64,000 nt of DNA. Source: Cetobacterium sp. (GTDB lineage: Bacteria > Fusobacteriota > Fusobacteriia > Fusobacteriales > Fusobacteriaceae). Where the stretch lies: the NCBI RefSeq assembly GCF_051653945.1, contig NZ_JBOFXD010000050.1:4475-68474 (forward strand), written 5' to 3'. Position numbers and translations under genes: made by a program. Below the pieces are notes generated by a model. The model searched no databases. It saw nothing but the letters and a program-made list of their open reading frames with translations, and had not been told where the DNA came from. Position 1 is the first letter of the stretch; each line of letters opens with the position of its first letter. Of this stretch, positions 51,199-61,381 are shown in pieces.

Positions 51199-51789
51199 AT
51201 CTCATCCCTTAGATGGAATTGTTCAGCAAATTAATAGATTCAACTTATCAATTACTACAGATGAGCTGAAAGAGATATTTGGAACACTTACCTAATTTAA
51301 AAGGGAAGATTCAGTAGAACTAATGAAATTTTAAAAATTTATCAGATATAAAAAAAGCAAAAAAAGAACAGATGGGGAAGTGGGGTAAATGGCAAGATAT
51401 TTAAAATTAAAGTATTCAAAATTAGAATTTATAATTGCAAAACTTTCAGTTAAGTATGATGAATTTACAGATTATCTTTTTAACAAAGTTCATGATTATT
51501 TTTCTCTGAGTTACAGTGAATTCTCTATTGTCTTTTTGATATTATGACAAAGAACTTTATTCCGTTTTATAAAAGTTTATTTTTTATTTTCAAAAAATCC
51601 AGTTACTAGATTCATTACTAAACCTTATTTTTTATTTCTTCGTAGAAAAAGAAAAAAAGAAATTCAAAGATTAAATAAAGCTTCCTTTTACAATTAAGGA
51701 AAAAAATTATTAAAATTTTTTTATAGTCATTTTTAATCTATAAAAATAGTAGCTCTTCCAGAATTAATAAATTAGTTCTGGAAGAGCTT

Positions 51790-51945
51790 TTAACTCCTTT
51801 TATCCTTACCCATCTGTGATTCTCATCCCAATCAGGAAGCTTTTCTATTATTCCAAGAGATCAAATTGACTTCTCTAGTCTAACCTTTAGATTCTTCACC
51901 AATAGCTCCAATTTTTTCTATGATATCAAATTTAATTTCTACCAT
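51790..51945 (-). pseudogene. YdbC/PC4-like ssDNA-binding protein remnant
   Basis: GGAGG RBS; MVEIKFDIIEKIGAIGEESKG*TREVNLISWNN; the conserved Trp codon is TAG (51880-51882); later frameshift before the DENH/MGK-like segment. Confidence 0.7.
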
Positions 51946-52055
51946 TATTTCCTCCTAGATTTTAAAAATTTCTTATAAACTCTTTTTCTTACAAATTTAA
52001 ATCATAGATATCGCACATTAACTAATCAATTTCGGATTCTAATTCTAAACTATTT

Positions 52056-53168
52056 TTATTTTTTAATTTGATAAATATTATAAATGTATTTAGTTACATC
52101 CAAAACTACCTTTTTCTCTTTATACGATAATAATAGAATGATTAAAATCACTAATCCTACTATCCCTATTATTAGTGAAGTTTTTGGTGAATTATTTTTA
52201 TAGCTTTCATCTTCAGAATTATCTAGAATTAATTTTTTTATTAAATACAATAAAGAAGAGAGTGTCACTATAATAATAATATTTATTGCTAATAAAAGTA
52301 TAATTATTTCTAAACTTGATTTAGCTTTTGCTGCTTCTCCAAAAAATTGTGTATTTATAGAAATAAAAGTGAAAATAGATACAAAAATACCCATAATTGT
52401 AATTATTGATCCTTCTGATTTTTTGATTTTATTTTCTATTTTTTTTGATTTTTTATCAGTTTTATCAATTAATGATTTCATTTTCTCGGATTTTCCAATT
52501 AAATCATCTATTTCTGCTCTTATTTCTTCATATTTTTTTTCTATTTCTCCATATTCCTTTATTATTTTCATTAATTTGTTATCAGCCATTATTGTTAACT
52601 CTTTATATTTTTTCTTTATAAAATCATCATATGTTATTTTTTTATTTGGTTTGTTTGATGGAATTACTTGTATTTCTTTACAAAGAAATACAATATTTTC
52701 ACCATCTACTCCCTTTATAATTTTCTCTTTAAATTTTTGACTTGTCTCTGCCCATTCAAAAACTTCCTCTAAAAAATTTTTTTCAATGTTAATTTGAATA
52801 TTCTTATACTCTCCACCTTTATCTCCCGTTTCTACTGAAAAGTTTTCTCTTAAAAAAACATACGTATTCAAATCTTGATTTTCATATACTTCTAATATTT
52901 GTACAGAAGAACCTATCTGCAAAAATAAAAGATTCATCTTTTTCATATAATCTATTAAAACGCTTTTAAAATACATGTCAATTATTTCATCAGTTTCAAA
53001 TATTTTTTGATCTCCCTTTTTTAGATTTTCTGGACTAATTAGAGATTCATCTTTTTTTGAATACTCTATTATTTTCATTCTCATTTTTTCTTTTAAATCG
53101 TCATAATTAATTTTTTTTCCTTTAATATTTTCACTTATTATTAAATGTAAATCTTCTATTTCAGGCAT
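52056..53168 (-). CDS. Hypothetical protein: soluble N-terminus, coiled coil, three C-terminal TM helices
   Basis: RBS GGAGGAG; very AT-rich; IITIMGIFVSIFTFISIN and two further hydrophobic segments. Confidence 0.8.
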   Translation of the reverse strand: MPEIEDLHLIISENIKGKKINYDDLKEKMRMKIIEYSKKDESLISPENLKKGDQKIFETDEIIDMYFKSVLIDYMKKMNLLFLQIGSSVQILEVYENQDLNTYVFLRENFSVETGDKGGEYKNIQINIEKNFLEEVFEWAETSQKFKEKIIKGVDGENIVFLCKEIQVIPSNKPNKKITYDDFIKKKYKELTIMADNKLMKIIKEYGEIEKKYEEIRAEIDDLIGKSEKMKSLIDKTDKKSKKIENKIKKSEGSIITIMGIFVSIFTFISINTQFFGEAAKAKSSLEIIILLLAINIIIIVTLSSLLYLIKKLILDNSEDESYKNNSPKTSLIIGIVGLVILIILLLSYKEKKVVLDVTKYIYNIYQIKK

Positions 53169-53406
53169 TTTTCTCCTCCTTTGAAGTTCTTATACTCCAG
53201 TTTATATTTTATTTATAAAATTTTTAAAAATATCAGTTATTTTAAATCTAATCTCTTGTTCCAAAGCACTGTGCAGCGAATTCTTTCCATTCTTATATAT
53301 ATCAACTTTTGGAAATATGTCTCTAAAGAAAAAAGAGCTTCTTTTCAATTCTCACTAAACTATCTTATCTATTTCATCCGCTTCTATTCTTCCTTTTTAT
53401 CTAAAA

Positions 53407-54864
53407 TCATTTAATAATTTTTTCATAAATAAAATTATCAATTTCTTCTCCAGATTTTAATTGTTTAAAGCTAGTTATTTCCTCTTCATTCTCTAAATCT
53501 ATAACTATTGGAAAATCTTTTAAAAATGAGTTTTTATAGATAAAATACCCATTGGCTTTAGGAACAGAAATTTGCTTTAAAAGATCCGTCGCTATATTAG
53601 AGTTAAGATATTTTTCTATAATATCTTCAAACTTCTGATATTCTTTTTTCAGTTCAAATCCACAAGCACTATCTGTATAAAAACATTCATTTGTTAAGAC
53701 AAAATCATTCTTATTATTTATTTCTGAAAATACAAATTTTCTATTGTAAAAATGAATTGCTTTTCTTGGATTCCATAATTCATACCATTTTTTATTACTT
53801 TTCAAAAAATATTCCCTTGTCAATAGCTCTTCTTTGTGTTCTACCAAGTATTTGAGCAATTGCGGATTCATTTCTTCGATTTCGTTTTCATCAACTAGAA
53901 CATTTTTATTATTTTTATCAAAATTATAGGGATAAAAAATATAATAACCACTTTCTATAAGTTTTCCATTTTTTATATCCTTTCCCTTATAAGCTTTCTT
54001 TAGATAATTATAATTCATTCCATATTCTTTTATAGTTTTTTCTGAAATTAAATATACTGAATTATTTCCTGTTACTATCCCTTGAGAAATCGAAATACTT
54101 ATATCAGCTAAACTAATTTTTGATTTTTTTTTGCATCGTTCTACAATTCCATTTTGAGAATCCTTCTGGATTATCCATTGTGGCTCTATTAAATTTTCTT
54201 GTTCCAATAGTAGTTCTTTCCCATTAAAATCTAAATTTTCTTTAATTTTTATCAAATTATTACCATTACTTTTTTCTTTTTCTGTAGAAAATATACATGT
54301 GTATGTTTGAGCCGTTTCAAATATTTGTGAATCTTGAAAATCAATAATTAGTTTAATATTTGTTTCTCTTAATAAAAATTCTCTTAATTTTTGTCCATAA
54401 TTTCTTTTATAAAAATAAGAGGGGCAAATATAAGTCAAATTACCTTTATTTTTTAAAAGATTAATAGCTTTTTCAATAAATAAAACATAAAAATCATACT
54501 TGCCGTTAGCCGAGTAAAAAATTTTCTTACTTTCCTCTTTGTGAGGAACTTTATGGAATCCTATATATGGTGGATTTCCTACTATAATATCAAACCCACC
54601 TTTCTCTTTAAAAACTCTTGCAAATTCAAGCTTCCAAAGGAAATATGGTTTTCTCTTTTGTTTCCTTAATTTTTCAAGCTCTTTTATCTTATCGCTATTT
54701 CCAGAGTGGCTCAAAGTTTCCTGTATAAGAATCCATTCTGTATCTTCTATTTGTCTTTTTATATTTTTCTTAACTTCATTATTTCTCTCTTTGAAAAATT
54801 TCTTATGAAGCTCATCTAACTTCATCATTATATCAATCTTAAGATCCTCTATCCCACCAAACAA
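53407..54864 (-). CDS. C-terminal part of a type IIG/Eco57I-like N6-adenine methyltransferase (catalytic and specificity domains)
   Basis: FDIIVGNPPY motif IV; YDFYVLFIE; TaqI-C-like TRD; frame continues upstream to the A7 run. Confidence 0.85.
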   Translation of the reverse strand: MFGGIEDLKIDIMMKLDELHKKFFKERNNEVKKNIKRQIEDTEWILIQETLSHSGNSDKIKELEKLRKQKRKPYFLWKLEFARVFKEKGGFDIIVGNPPYIGFHKVPHKEESKKIFYSANGKYDFYVLFIEKAINLLKNKGNLTYICPSYFYKRNYGQKLREFLLRETNIKLIIDFQDSQIFETAQTYTCIFSTEKEKSNGNNLIKIKENLDFNGKELLLEQENLIEPQWIIQKDSQNGIVERCKKKSKISLADISISISQGIVTGNNSVYLISEKTIKEYGMNYNYLKKAYKGKDIKNGKLIESGYYIFYPYNFDKNNKNVLVDENEIEEMNPQLLKYLVEHKEELLTREYFLKSNKKWYELWNPRKAIHFYNRKFVFSEINNKNDFVLTNECFYTDSACGFELKKEYQKFEDIIEKYLNSNIATDLLKQISVPKANGYFIYKNSFLKDFPIVIDLENEEEITSFKQLKSGEEIDNFIYEKIIK

Positions 54865-54923
54865 TCCTTTTTGAAATGATAAAGTAGGAGCATTTAATTT
54901 TTCAGCTTCCGTATAAGTTTCTT

Positions 54924-56984
54924 TTAAGTTTTTTTGAGTAACTTTTCATCAAATAACTTTACTCCTTCAAACTCTTCTAATAAAGAATTTCCAGTCATAA
55001 AATTAAAATCCAGATTAGGAAGAGGTCTTATATCATTATTCTGAGTATCTACTACTATAGATAACCATAATCTTAGCTTTGCAATTTCAACCGCACTTGG
55101 CTCTATATCTACACCGTACAGAGAATTTTCTATAGTCTCTATTTTCAATCTGTAAAGAGATCTAGTTCTATATGCTTTATCTCTCACTACTCTATACTTA
55201 TCAAAGTTCAAATCCTTTGTTTCAAGAGATTCTGCAATTATGATATATTGAGTCAGAGTATTTCTAGCTTTAACTATCTCATTTAACATTCCAAGAGGAA
55301 AAGCTCCTGAACCTATTGCTGGATCTGCAACTTTAACATTTTTTAAGACATCATCTATACGTTTTGCATTATTCCTAATGAACTCTGGCATTCCCCATAT
55401 AAGTTTAACTGTAGTATTTTTTTCCTCTAATGCTTTCATATAATCCATCTCAAAGAGATGCTCATCATATTCTTTTGTAAATTCTCCTAGTTGAATAAGA
55501 TAATCTATCCCATCTCTAGTCAGATTAGGTACTTCATTCATAAGATAATTAATGATTGACTCTTTACACATATAATGAACTATCTCTCTTGGAGTATAGA
55601 ATGCTCCCTTAGATTTTCTATCTTTTACATCCAGAAGGTTTTCAAATACTTTTCCAAGCATCTCTGGGTCAACTGCTACCTCTGTTTCATAAGGTTCATT
55701 TTCATTTATTGTAAAATTATATCTATCAAAAATATCTAAAATTCCATCCCCTTTTGAATTTGAGAATATCTCATCAGGAATTTTAAAATCTGTATTCTTC
55801 CAATCATAATCATCATAAGGTTCAAATAATCCACCATTTAAGAAAGGAATTTTACAATTGAACCTTTTAAAATATTGATTTGCTCCTCTATCTAAATTTA
55901 GAGCATCATAGAACATATATTCCAAATAGTCATTAAAAAATGTTCTTTCTTTTCCTGTGTTTTTCTTGATTGTTATATGTCTTTCAAAAAGGGTTCTGAT
56001 AAATTTTTTATCTCCGCTTCCCCATGGTTCTTCAAATTTAACTATATTTTTAAAAGCACTTGCTAAATTATCAGCATCTTTGATCTCCATTTCCATGACT
56101 TTTGAAGGATTTAATTTATAGTTTCCTGAATTTGACATTGAAAAAGCCTCCGATAATATATCTTTCTCATCTCCGATAGCCCTATCATAAACAGCATTAA
56201 AATCTTCGTTACTTAATTCGGTAGGAACAATTTTTACACCTAACCATCCTTTCTTCTGAAGGAAATATAAAAATGCCAATTGCCCCATTAATTTTTTTGC
56301 AAAACCTTCTGAAAAAGATTCAGGATTTTCCATGTTTTGTCTTTTTGCTTCTACCATAAATTCACTATTAGTTTCTAAATATTCTTTCAGATCCAAATAT
56401 TTTTTCTTATAATCATCAAAGAACTCATTAGTTACCTTCTCAAGCTGGAATAGCTTTTCTAATTCATCTAAGCTAATCGCATCATTTATCTTAGTCAAAG
56501 TCATCATCTGTTTTTTTACTGTATGACTAGCTTCACCCTCTCCAACCACATAAGAGAGTCTTTTTGCTGGAGTTAATTTTTCTTTTATTCCCTTTTCAGT
56601 AAAAGTATATTCCAACTTCACAAATGCCATTCTCCAATGTGAATCAGAGTCATTATAAAATGCAACTAATGCTCCATCTTTTCTATATTCTCTCAATATC
56701 TTAGCAATTATCTCTCTCTGTTTACCTTTTGCCCTTGTTGGATCTTTACTATCCTTAGTTTTTACCACAATTATATAATTTTTTTGTCCATCTTTGTCTG
56801 TATAATCCCCAAGAATCTGATATGATTCAATGTAGTTTCTATATTCTTTCCAGATGGCAGTTGAAGGTTTTCTATCTCTAACTGTCACGTTCAAAACTCT
56901 TGCTACGAAGTCTGAAAATCTTTCTATATTAAATCTATTCTCTATCAGACTGCTGATTAAACTTAATTTTTCCTTCTCATCCAT
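54924..56984 (-). CDS. N-terminal part of the same type IIG-like methyltransferase
   Basis: IPFLNGGLF, LGKVFENL, GAFYTPREIV, DPAIGSGAF (motif I) and LYGVDI; stops 3 nt after an A7 run. Confidence 0.85.
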   Translation of the reverse strand: MDEKEKLSLISSLIENRFNIERFSDFVARVLNVTVRDRKPSTAIWKEYRNYIESYQILGDYTDKDGQKNYIIVVKTKDSKDPTRAKGKQREIIAKILREYRKDGALVAFYNDSDSHWRMAFVKLEYTFTEKGIKEKLTPAKRLSYVVGEGEASHTVKKQMMTLTKINDAISLDELEKLFQLEKVTNEFFDDYKKKYLDLKEYLETNSEFMVEAKRQNMENPESFSEGFAKKLMGQLAFLYFLQKKGWLGVKIVPTELSNEDFNAVYDRAIGDEKDILSEAFSMSNSGNYKLNPSKVMEMEIKDADNLASAFKNIVKFEEPWGSGDKKFIRTLFERHITIKKNTGKERTFFNDYLEYMFYDALNLDRGANQYFKRFNCKIPFLNGGLFEPYDDYDWKNTDFKIPDEIFSNSKGDGILDIFDRYNFTINENEPYETEVAVDPEMLGKVFENLLDVKDRKSKGAFYTPREIVHYMCKESIINYLMNEVPNLTRDGIDYLIQLGEFTKEYDEHLFEMDYMKALEEKNTTVKLIWGMPEFIRNNAKRIDDVLKNVKVADPAIGSGAFPLGMLNEIVKARNTLTQYIIIAESLETKDLNFDKYRVVRDKAYRTRSLYRLKIETIENSLYGVDIEPSAVEIAKLRLWLSIVVDTQNNDIRPLPNLDFNFMTGNSLLEEFEGVKLFDEKLLKKT

Positions 56985-56994
56985 TTTCTTCCCC

Positions 56995-59900
56995 TTATGC
57001 TAAATATTCAGATAATATTACCTCTACATTACCTGTTGTTATATCTATATTTTTTTTCTTTGTTTCTCTGTAAACATCTGGAATCTCATTAAAAACATGT
57101 TCCAATATTTTATGTGGATTAGAATCACGCTTCATAACATCATTTGCTTCATTTACTATTTTTTTCAAAATATCCTTAGGAATGATTCCAGCTTCCCCTA
57201 ACTCTTTTATCTTTTTAACTTTTTTCTCCTCATCTCCCGAGAACTTTCTATAACTGTCCAGTGCTTTCACAAGTTTCAAAAACTCTGCGTCTTTTCCAGC
57301 TTTCTTTTGAGGTGTCTGGATTATATTTTTCTCTTTAGATTCGGTAAAGTAATATTTGTTGCATTTTAGAAGTTCGTAGAAATCATCTCCCATAGGAATT
57401 TTAGCCTCTTCCATCTTACATTTTATATGCTTTACTGCTTCAAAAAATGTCAGCTCTCTTGTATTTATATCCTGATCTGTGATATATACTCTTTTCAGCT
57501 CTCCATCTCTTATGAAAGATATTACACTAGGTTTTTCGATTGTAGAATCATACTTAGAACTTCTGCTCTTTTTAGGAAGCTCTTTTATCTTTACAAAAAG
57601 ATCTTCATCCCTGTCTCTTATCTCTCTTATCTCTTTCAGATATTCAAGCTCTGATTCTTCCCATTCATCCTCTACATCCAATCTCTTATTTAATTGAGAA
57701 TAAAGCAGCTCTCCAGAAAGTTCATGCCCTCCAACTACCTCATCCTCTGTAAGATATTTAAAATCATCTCCGAGAGTCTTTTGGAAAGAGTTTATCTTAC
57801 TTGTAATATTGTCTCTTAGTCCTAGATGTTCATTCGACTTTGAAGTAGGGAAGAAATTAAATACATATATCTTATCAAATTTTGTTCCTACCCTGTTAAT
57901 TCTTCCTACCCTCTGCATTATTCTTGTGGGATTCCATGGAAGATCATAGTTGATAAGTACATTTGCTCTATGAAGGTTTATTCCCTCTGCCAGTACATCT
58001 GTCGTTATCAGAATATTATATCTATCCTCTTTAGACTTTTCATAGTTGGGATCGTAATTGGCACGGATTCTATCCTTTAAAGAGATGTTTGAACTTCCAG
58101 TAAATTCTATAATTGGCTCATTTAATGCCTCTTTCAATTTTTCTTTCAGATAATTAGCTGTCTCTTGAGATTCTGTGAATATTATTTTCTTTGTACCTTT
58201 TAAGATGCTATTAGTTTTCAGTTCTTTTATAAAATAATCGAGCTTAGGATCTACAGTTATCTTTTCAATCTCTAAATAGATACTTCTTAATACTTGCAAA
58301 TCTGACTCTAAATCTCTTTTAAACTTGTCATCAAATTCCTCTACTAAAAATCTTTCAATCTCCTCTTCTTCTACTAGTCTCATCAGTTTTTCATCATTTT
58401 CATCTGCCAGTAGATCATACACATTATATTTTTTACTTATGTATATAACTCCCTCATTGTACATCTCCAAGAATTTTTCATAAGATTCTTTAAATCTCTT
58501 AACAGTATTAGAGAAGGCAAAGAAACTGCTTTCTAACCTTTTTAGTAGTAGTGCTTTCATGAATCCTTTCATATTCATCTGACCTACCAGAAGGGTTCTT
58601 GTATCTGAGTCAGGATTCTTCAAGTAAGTTAAACTTTTATATCTTGAGTAATTCAGACTTGTTATTAAAGTTAAGATATTTTCAAAGATTGCATCCATCT
58701 TCTCATCAAATGAGTAGATTATCTGTTCTGGTGTTCCCAGTTCTGGGAATACAAGTCCTTGCTTTTCCATATCATCTTTATAATATTTTTTTATCTCACT
58801 TCTAACTCTTCTTACCATAATTTTTCTTAGTACTTTGTCTCTTATAGCATTTGAGTTTTCATCAATTATTCTATCCAATTTTTCTCTACTTGCTTCTGTA
58901 TTAGCATCCTTATGGAGCTTTATCGCTTTCTTTTCTTTGGTATCTAATTTTTTGAAAAAATCCTCAATATCTGGATTATCCTCAATTACGTTAGAATTAT
59001 TTCTCTGCTGAAAAAGAGAAATCAGATTCAAAAGATCTGATGAATAGTTATTCTGAGGGGTTGCAGAAATAAGAACAACTTTTTTATCAACGCAAATCTG
59101 ATGAAGCTTAGTATAATTTGAAGTTGCTGAGTTTCTGAATCTGTGTGCCTCATCTATAAATATATGTCTAAAATAGTCATTTGGATATTCATCAATTATC
59201 TTATCCAATTTTCCCAGTGAGACTACTGTTGCGGAAACTCCAAAATCTTCAAGAACTCTTTTCCAATAATCTTGAAGCACTGGTGGACATATAACCAAAC
59301 TTCTTCCATGCTTCAGTTCTCTAGCCAATAATGCTGTTATATATGTCTTTCCTAGTCCAACTACGTCTGCAAGAAATACTCCATTATATTTATTAAGAAT
59401 TTTTTTTGCCTGATTAACTGCATCTATCTGATACTGGAACTTTGTAAATCCATCTGGAAGAAACTCCCCTTTAAACTCCCTCATATCAGCATTAATCTCT
59501 TCATAGAAATATTCATAGAGGAATTTCAGATATAGTTCATATGGAGTTATCTCATCATTTATCCAAGTTTTTTGAGTTATAGTCTCTATATATTCCTTTG
59601 AGATCTCAACTCCCTCTTTCCATAGCTCTTCAAACTTTTCCAGAGCATACTCAACATCTCTCCTATCCTTTAACTCTACATTGAATTCCAGATTACCCTT
59701 TAATCCGCTATAAGAGAAATTACTTGATCCCGTTACGACTTTTCCAAAATCCTCAGACTTCTCCAGATCTTTTCTCATTATATATACTTTCGCATGGATC
59801 TTATCTCTCGGATAAACCCTTACTTCTAACTTTCCATTTTGAATCAACTCTATGAATTTTTTGATTCCTTCCTCTACTTTTAAGGAATCCTCTGAGTTGT

Positions 59901-60198
59901 TCATCTCATCTATTACTTTATCAGTAGTTATATTCTTTACATCTTTATTTGATAGAACGATATTATCTCCACCCTGTGCTAGTGAATACATACTGGCAAT
60001 TTTCTTATCTACATTTATCCCCACTAAAATTCTTATTTTTTCTGTTTTTTCTAAAGCTTGATAGACCTCATAAAAACCAGATGCCCTAAAATATCCTACT
60101 AAGACATCTAAGTATTTAGTATTGTTTATCAAAATCTTAGAAAATCTTTCAGCCAATGATTTTCCCTGTTCATTGGTAAAAAATGTTAAATCATCCAT
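56995..60198 (-). CDS. SNF2-family helicase with N-terminal PLD-like nuclease domain
   Basis: HAKVYI...TGSSNF (PLD); LADVVGLGKT, DEAH, SATP, EGINLH and QRVGRINR (SF2). Confidence 0.9.
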   Translation of the reverse strand: MDDLTFFTNEQGKSLAERFSKILINNTKYLDVLVGYFRASGFYEVYQALEKTEKIRILVGINVDKKIASMYSLAQGGDNIVLSNKDVKNITTDKVIDEMNNSEDSLKVEEGIKKFIELIQNGKLEVRVYPRDKIHAKVYIMRKDLEKSEDFGKVVTGSSNFSYSGLKGNLEFNVELKDRRDVEYALEKFEELWKEGVEISKEYIETITQKTWINDEITPYELYLKFLYEYFYEEINADMREFKGEFLPDGFTKFQYQIDAVNQAKKILNKYNGVFLADVVGLGKTYITALLARELKHGRSLVICPPVLQDYWKRVLEDFGVSATVVSLGKLDKIIDEYPNDYFRHIFIDEAHRFRNSATSNYTKLHQICVDKKVVLISATPQNNYSSDLLNLISLFQQRNNSNVIEDNPDIEDFFKKLDTKEKKAIKLHKDANTEASREKLDRIIDENSNAIRDKVLRKIMVRRVRSEIKKYYKDDMEKQGLVFPELGTPEQIIYSFDEKMDAIFENILTLITSLNYSRYKSLTYLKNPDSDTRTLLVGQMNMKGFMKALLLKRLESSFFAFSNTVKRFKESYEKFLEMYNEGVIYISKKYNVYDLLADENDEKLMRLVEEEEIERFLVEEFDDKFKRDLESDLQVLRSIYLEIEKITVDPKLDYFIKELKTNSILKGTKKIIFTESQETANYLKEKLKEALNEPIIEFTGSSNISLKDRIRANYDPNYEKSKEDRYNILITTDVLAEGINLHRANVLINYDLPWNPTRIMQRVGRINRVGTKFDKIYVFNFFPTSKSNEHLGLRDNITSKINSFQKTLGDDFKYLTEDEVVGGHELSGELLYSQLNKRLDVEDEWEESELEYLKEIREIRDRDEDLFVKIKELPKKSRSSKYDSTIEKPSVISFIRDGELKRVYITDQDINTRELTFFEAVKHIKCKMEEAKIPMGDDFYELLKCNKYYFTESKEKNIIQTPQKKAGKDAEFLKLVKALDSYRKFSGDEEKKVKKIKELGEAGIIPKDILKKIVNEANDVMKRDSNPHKILEHVFNEIPDVYRETKKKNIDITTGNVEVILSEYLA

Positions 60199-60290
60199 TT
60201 TGTCCCCCTATTTTATTAGTTTTTCTTATGAAAATTATATCACTTTTTTTCGTCACTTGCTATGAGATAATGTTAAAAGCTAAACAAACA

Positions 60291-60332
60291 AAAAGAGTAG
60301 AATATTCTTGACTTCAGAATACTCTACTCTTT
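60291..60332 (-). terminator. Terminator between the Abi operon and the helicase operon
   Basis: AAAGAGTAGAATATTCT...AGAATACTCTACTCTTT. Confidence 0.7.
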
Positions 60333-60364
60333 CTCAATCCTATTTAATTTTAAAAATAGATTTC

Positions 60365-61369
60365 TTAATTTTTGATTTTATCATTCTCTTCATCTATAGT
60401 TTTTTTTCTGGACTCGATATATCTTTTAATTTCTTCACCTAACTCTCGCTTTTCCTGTTCAAGTATTTTTTCAATTTCTTCAATTTTTTCTAAACTATTT
60501 ATTACATCTTGAATAAATTTAGGTGTTGTTTTATAAGCTATTTTATTTGAAATTTCATTTTTTCTCTCTCCTAATTCAGATAATTTAATAGAGATATTAT
60601 TTTTTTCAAAATTTGATTTATTTCTTTCTTTAATATATTCTTCTCTTTGACTAATTGATAAAAATTCGTTATCTGTTTTTATTAAACTATCTAAAATTCC
60701 TATCTGTTTATCATAGGAATAAAATAACTGTAAATAAGTATTTTCTTCCAATATAATACTCTCATATTTTTTCAGTTCTGGAATATATATTTGATATAAA
60801 TTCAAACAATTAATAAGCTCTGATAAATATTTATCACAGTAATCTTTACAAAAATTATGCAGTTTTTGTATATCTTTGTAAAAATTATTTGAAAGATAAA
60901 GTTCTAATCCTAAAGTATTCATTTTTTTATGAATATTAAATAATATTTTTTTATTTTCAATGATTATTTCTTGAGTATTTTCAATATTTTTGATGTCAAT
61001 TTTTTGAAAATTAATATTTTCATATACTATTCTAGTTGTATGAAAGTCGGCTGCATCCATGATTTCTGCAAGTTTTTTTATATCTAAATCTAACTCAACT
61101 TTCATATCCTGAATTTTTTGTTTATTGGTTTCATATTTTCTGTTGCTCCAGTAAATCAAAAACGATCCTAAAATACCTAAAAATATTCCTAAAAATTCTA
61201 ACCACTTTCCATTATCTAAGTCTTTCGCAAATAAAAACGGATAACTCTCGTATAATTCATTGGCTCCAATCAAACCAAAGTTTATGATTATTAATACTCC
61301 TGATACTCCTAACAGGATTTTTCCAATTTCTTTTATTGTCTTTTTATGAGATTTTTTCATTAATTCCAC
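60365..61369 (-). CDS. Hypothetical protein with two N-terminal TM helices and a long coiled coil
   Basis: Very AT-rich; hydrophobic segments at about aa 17-35 and 55-75; 12 bp downstream of abiF. Confidence 0.78.
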   Translation of the reverse strand: MELMKKSHKKTIKEIGKILLGVSGVLIIINFGLIGANELYESYPFLFAKDLDNGKWLEFLGIFLGILGSFLIYWSNRKYETNKQKIQDMKVELDLDIKKLAEIMDAADFHTTRIVYENINFQKIDIKNIENTQEIIIENKKILFNIHKKMNTLGLELYLSNNFYKDIQKLHNFCKDYCDKYLSELINCLNLYQIYIPELKKYESIILEENTYLQLFYSYDKQIGILDSLIKTDNEFLSISQREEYIKERNKSNFEKNNISIKLSELGERKNEISNKIAYKTTPKFIQDVINSLEKIEEIEKILEQEKRELGEEIKRYIESRKKTIDEENDKIKN

Positions 61370-61381
61370 CTTTTTAGAATC

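Noticed and set aside
51200-51550. Purine-rich + strand stretch resembling a repressor C-terminus, plus a 52-codon ORF (MARYLKLK...) at 51390
   Set aside because: It is interrupted by stops and has no recognisable HTH; probably element debris, but I cannot assign it.
53181-53414. 77-aa + strand ORF between the MTase and the TM protein
   Set aside because: It is antisense to the operon, has no RBS and has non-coding composition; the minus strand may hold a gene remnant but it is unidentifiable.
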